The translations under genes were made by a program, and so were the position numbers. Below the pieces are notes generated by a model that searched no databases, was not told the DNA's origin, and was given only the letters and a program-made list of their open reading frames with translations. Below are positions 63,828 to 64,000 of a stretch of 64,000 nucleotides of DNA, piece by piece (the stretch's first letter is position 1; each line of letters opens with the position of its first letter). The DNA comes from Octopus vulgaris (lineage: Eukaryota), in the NCBI GenBank assembly GCA_951406725.2, contig OX597815.1, forward strand, positions 133,486,001 through 133,550,000, written 5' to 3'.

Positions 63828-64000
63828 ACGAGGAGGTGCTGAAAAGTTCCTGGCTTTAAGTGTGTCGCAAAAGGTCTGGTTGGAGGCCCAACCTTCTGAG
63901 TTCTTTTACAGGGCTTTGTGTGAATCTGAGAGGGCAATGTGTTCAATAAAATCATAATTAACTAATCGACCTGTATTTTCTTTTACCCAAAGCCATGAAC
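63828..64000 (+). mobile_element. mariner-derived MITE (runs off window end)
   Basis: TIR acgaggaggtgctgaaaagttcctggc. Body matches 52907-53125. Confidence 0.8.

Larger units (their letters stand above)
24167..64000 (+). other. probable long PAWR intron (no downstream exon recognised in window)
   Basis: Follows the GT donor. Repeat-filled and CpG-depleted beyond ~27 kb. No coiled-coil/leucine-zipper exon seen. Confidence 0.6.

Overview
AT-rich, repeat-dense animal genomic DNA. The SINE families and microsatellite load look like an Octopus (coleoid cephalopod) genome, which is my inference from recognition. One real host coding exon is visible: the first coding exon of PAWR/Par-4 (23741-24166, +). 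It is followed by an intron of more than 39 kb with no second exon found in the window. Almost all other ORFs in the track are microsatellite artefacts or transposon debris. Transposon content includes Tc1/mariner elements, a Ty3/Gypsy pol relic split by a mariner, Helitron relics, RTE, CR1-like and CRE-like LINE fragments, hAT- and piggyBac-type MITEs, several SINE families and Penelope-like elements (PLEs). The most striking unannotated signal is about 11 type-I hammerhead ribozyme motifs of several sequence families, some intact and some decayed. They sit in short cassettes, mostly beside (TA)n/(CA)n/(TG)n microsatellites. One is linked to a PLE GIY-YIG endonuclease tail, and two sit back-to-back in a ~480 bp inverted repeat about 2.4 kb upstream of PAWR. 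A sharp drop in CpG content at about 27 kb marks probable gene-body methylation of the PAWR intron. All alignments, translations and folds were done by eye; repeat boundaries are approximate.
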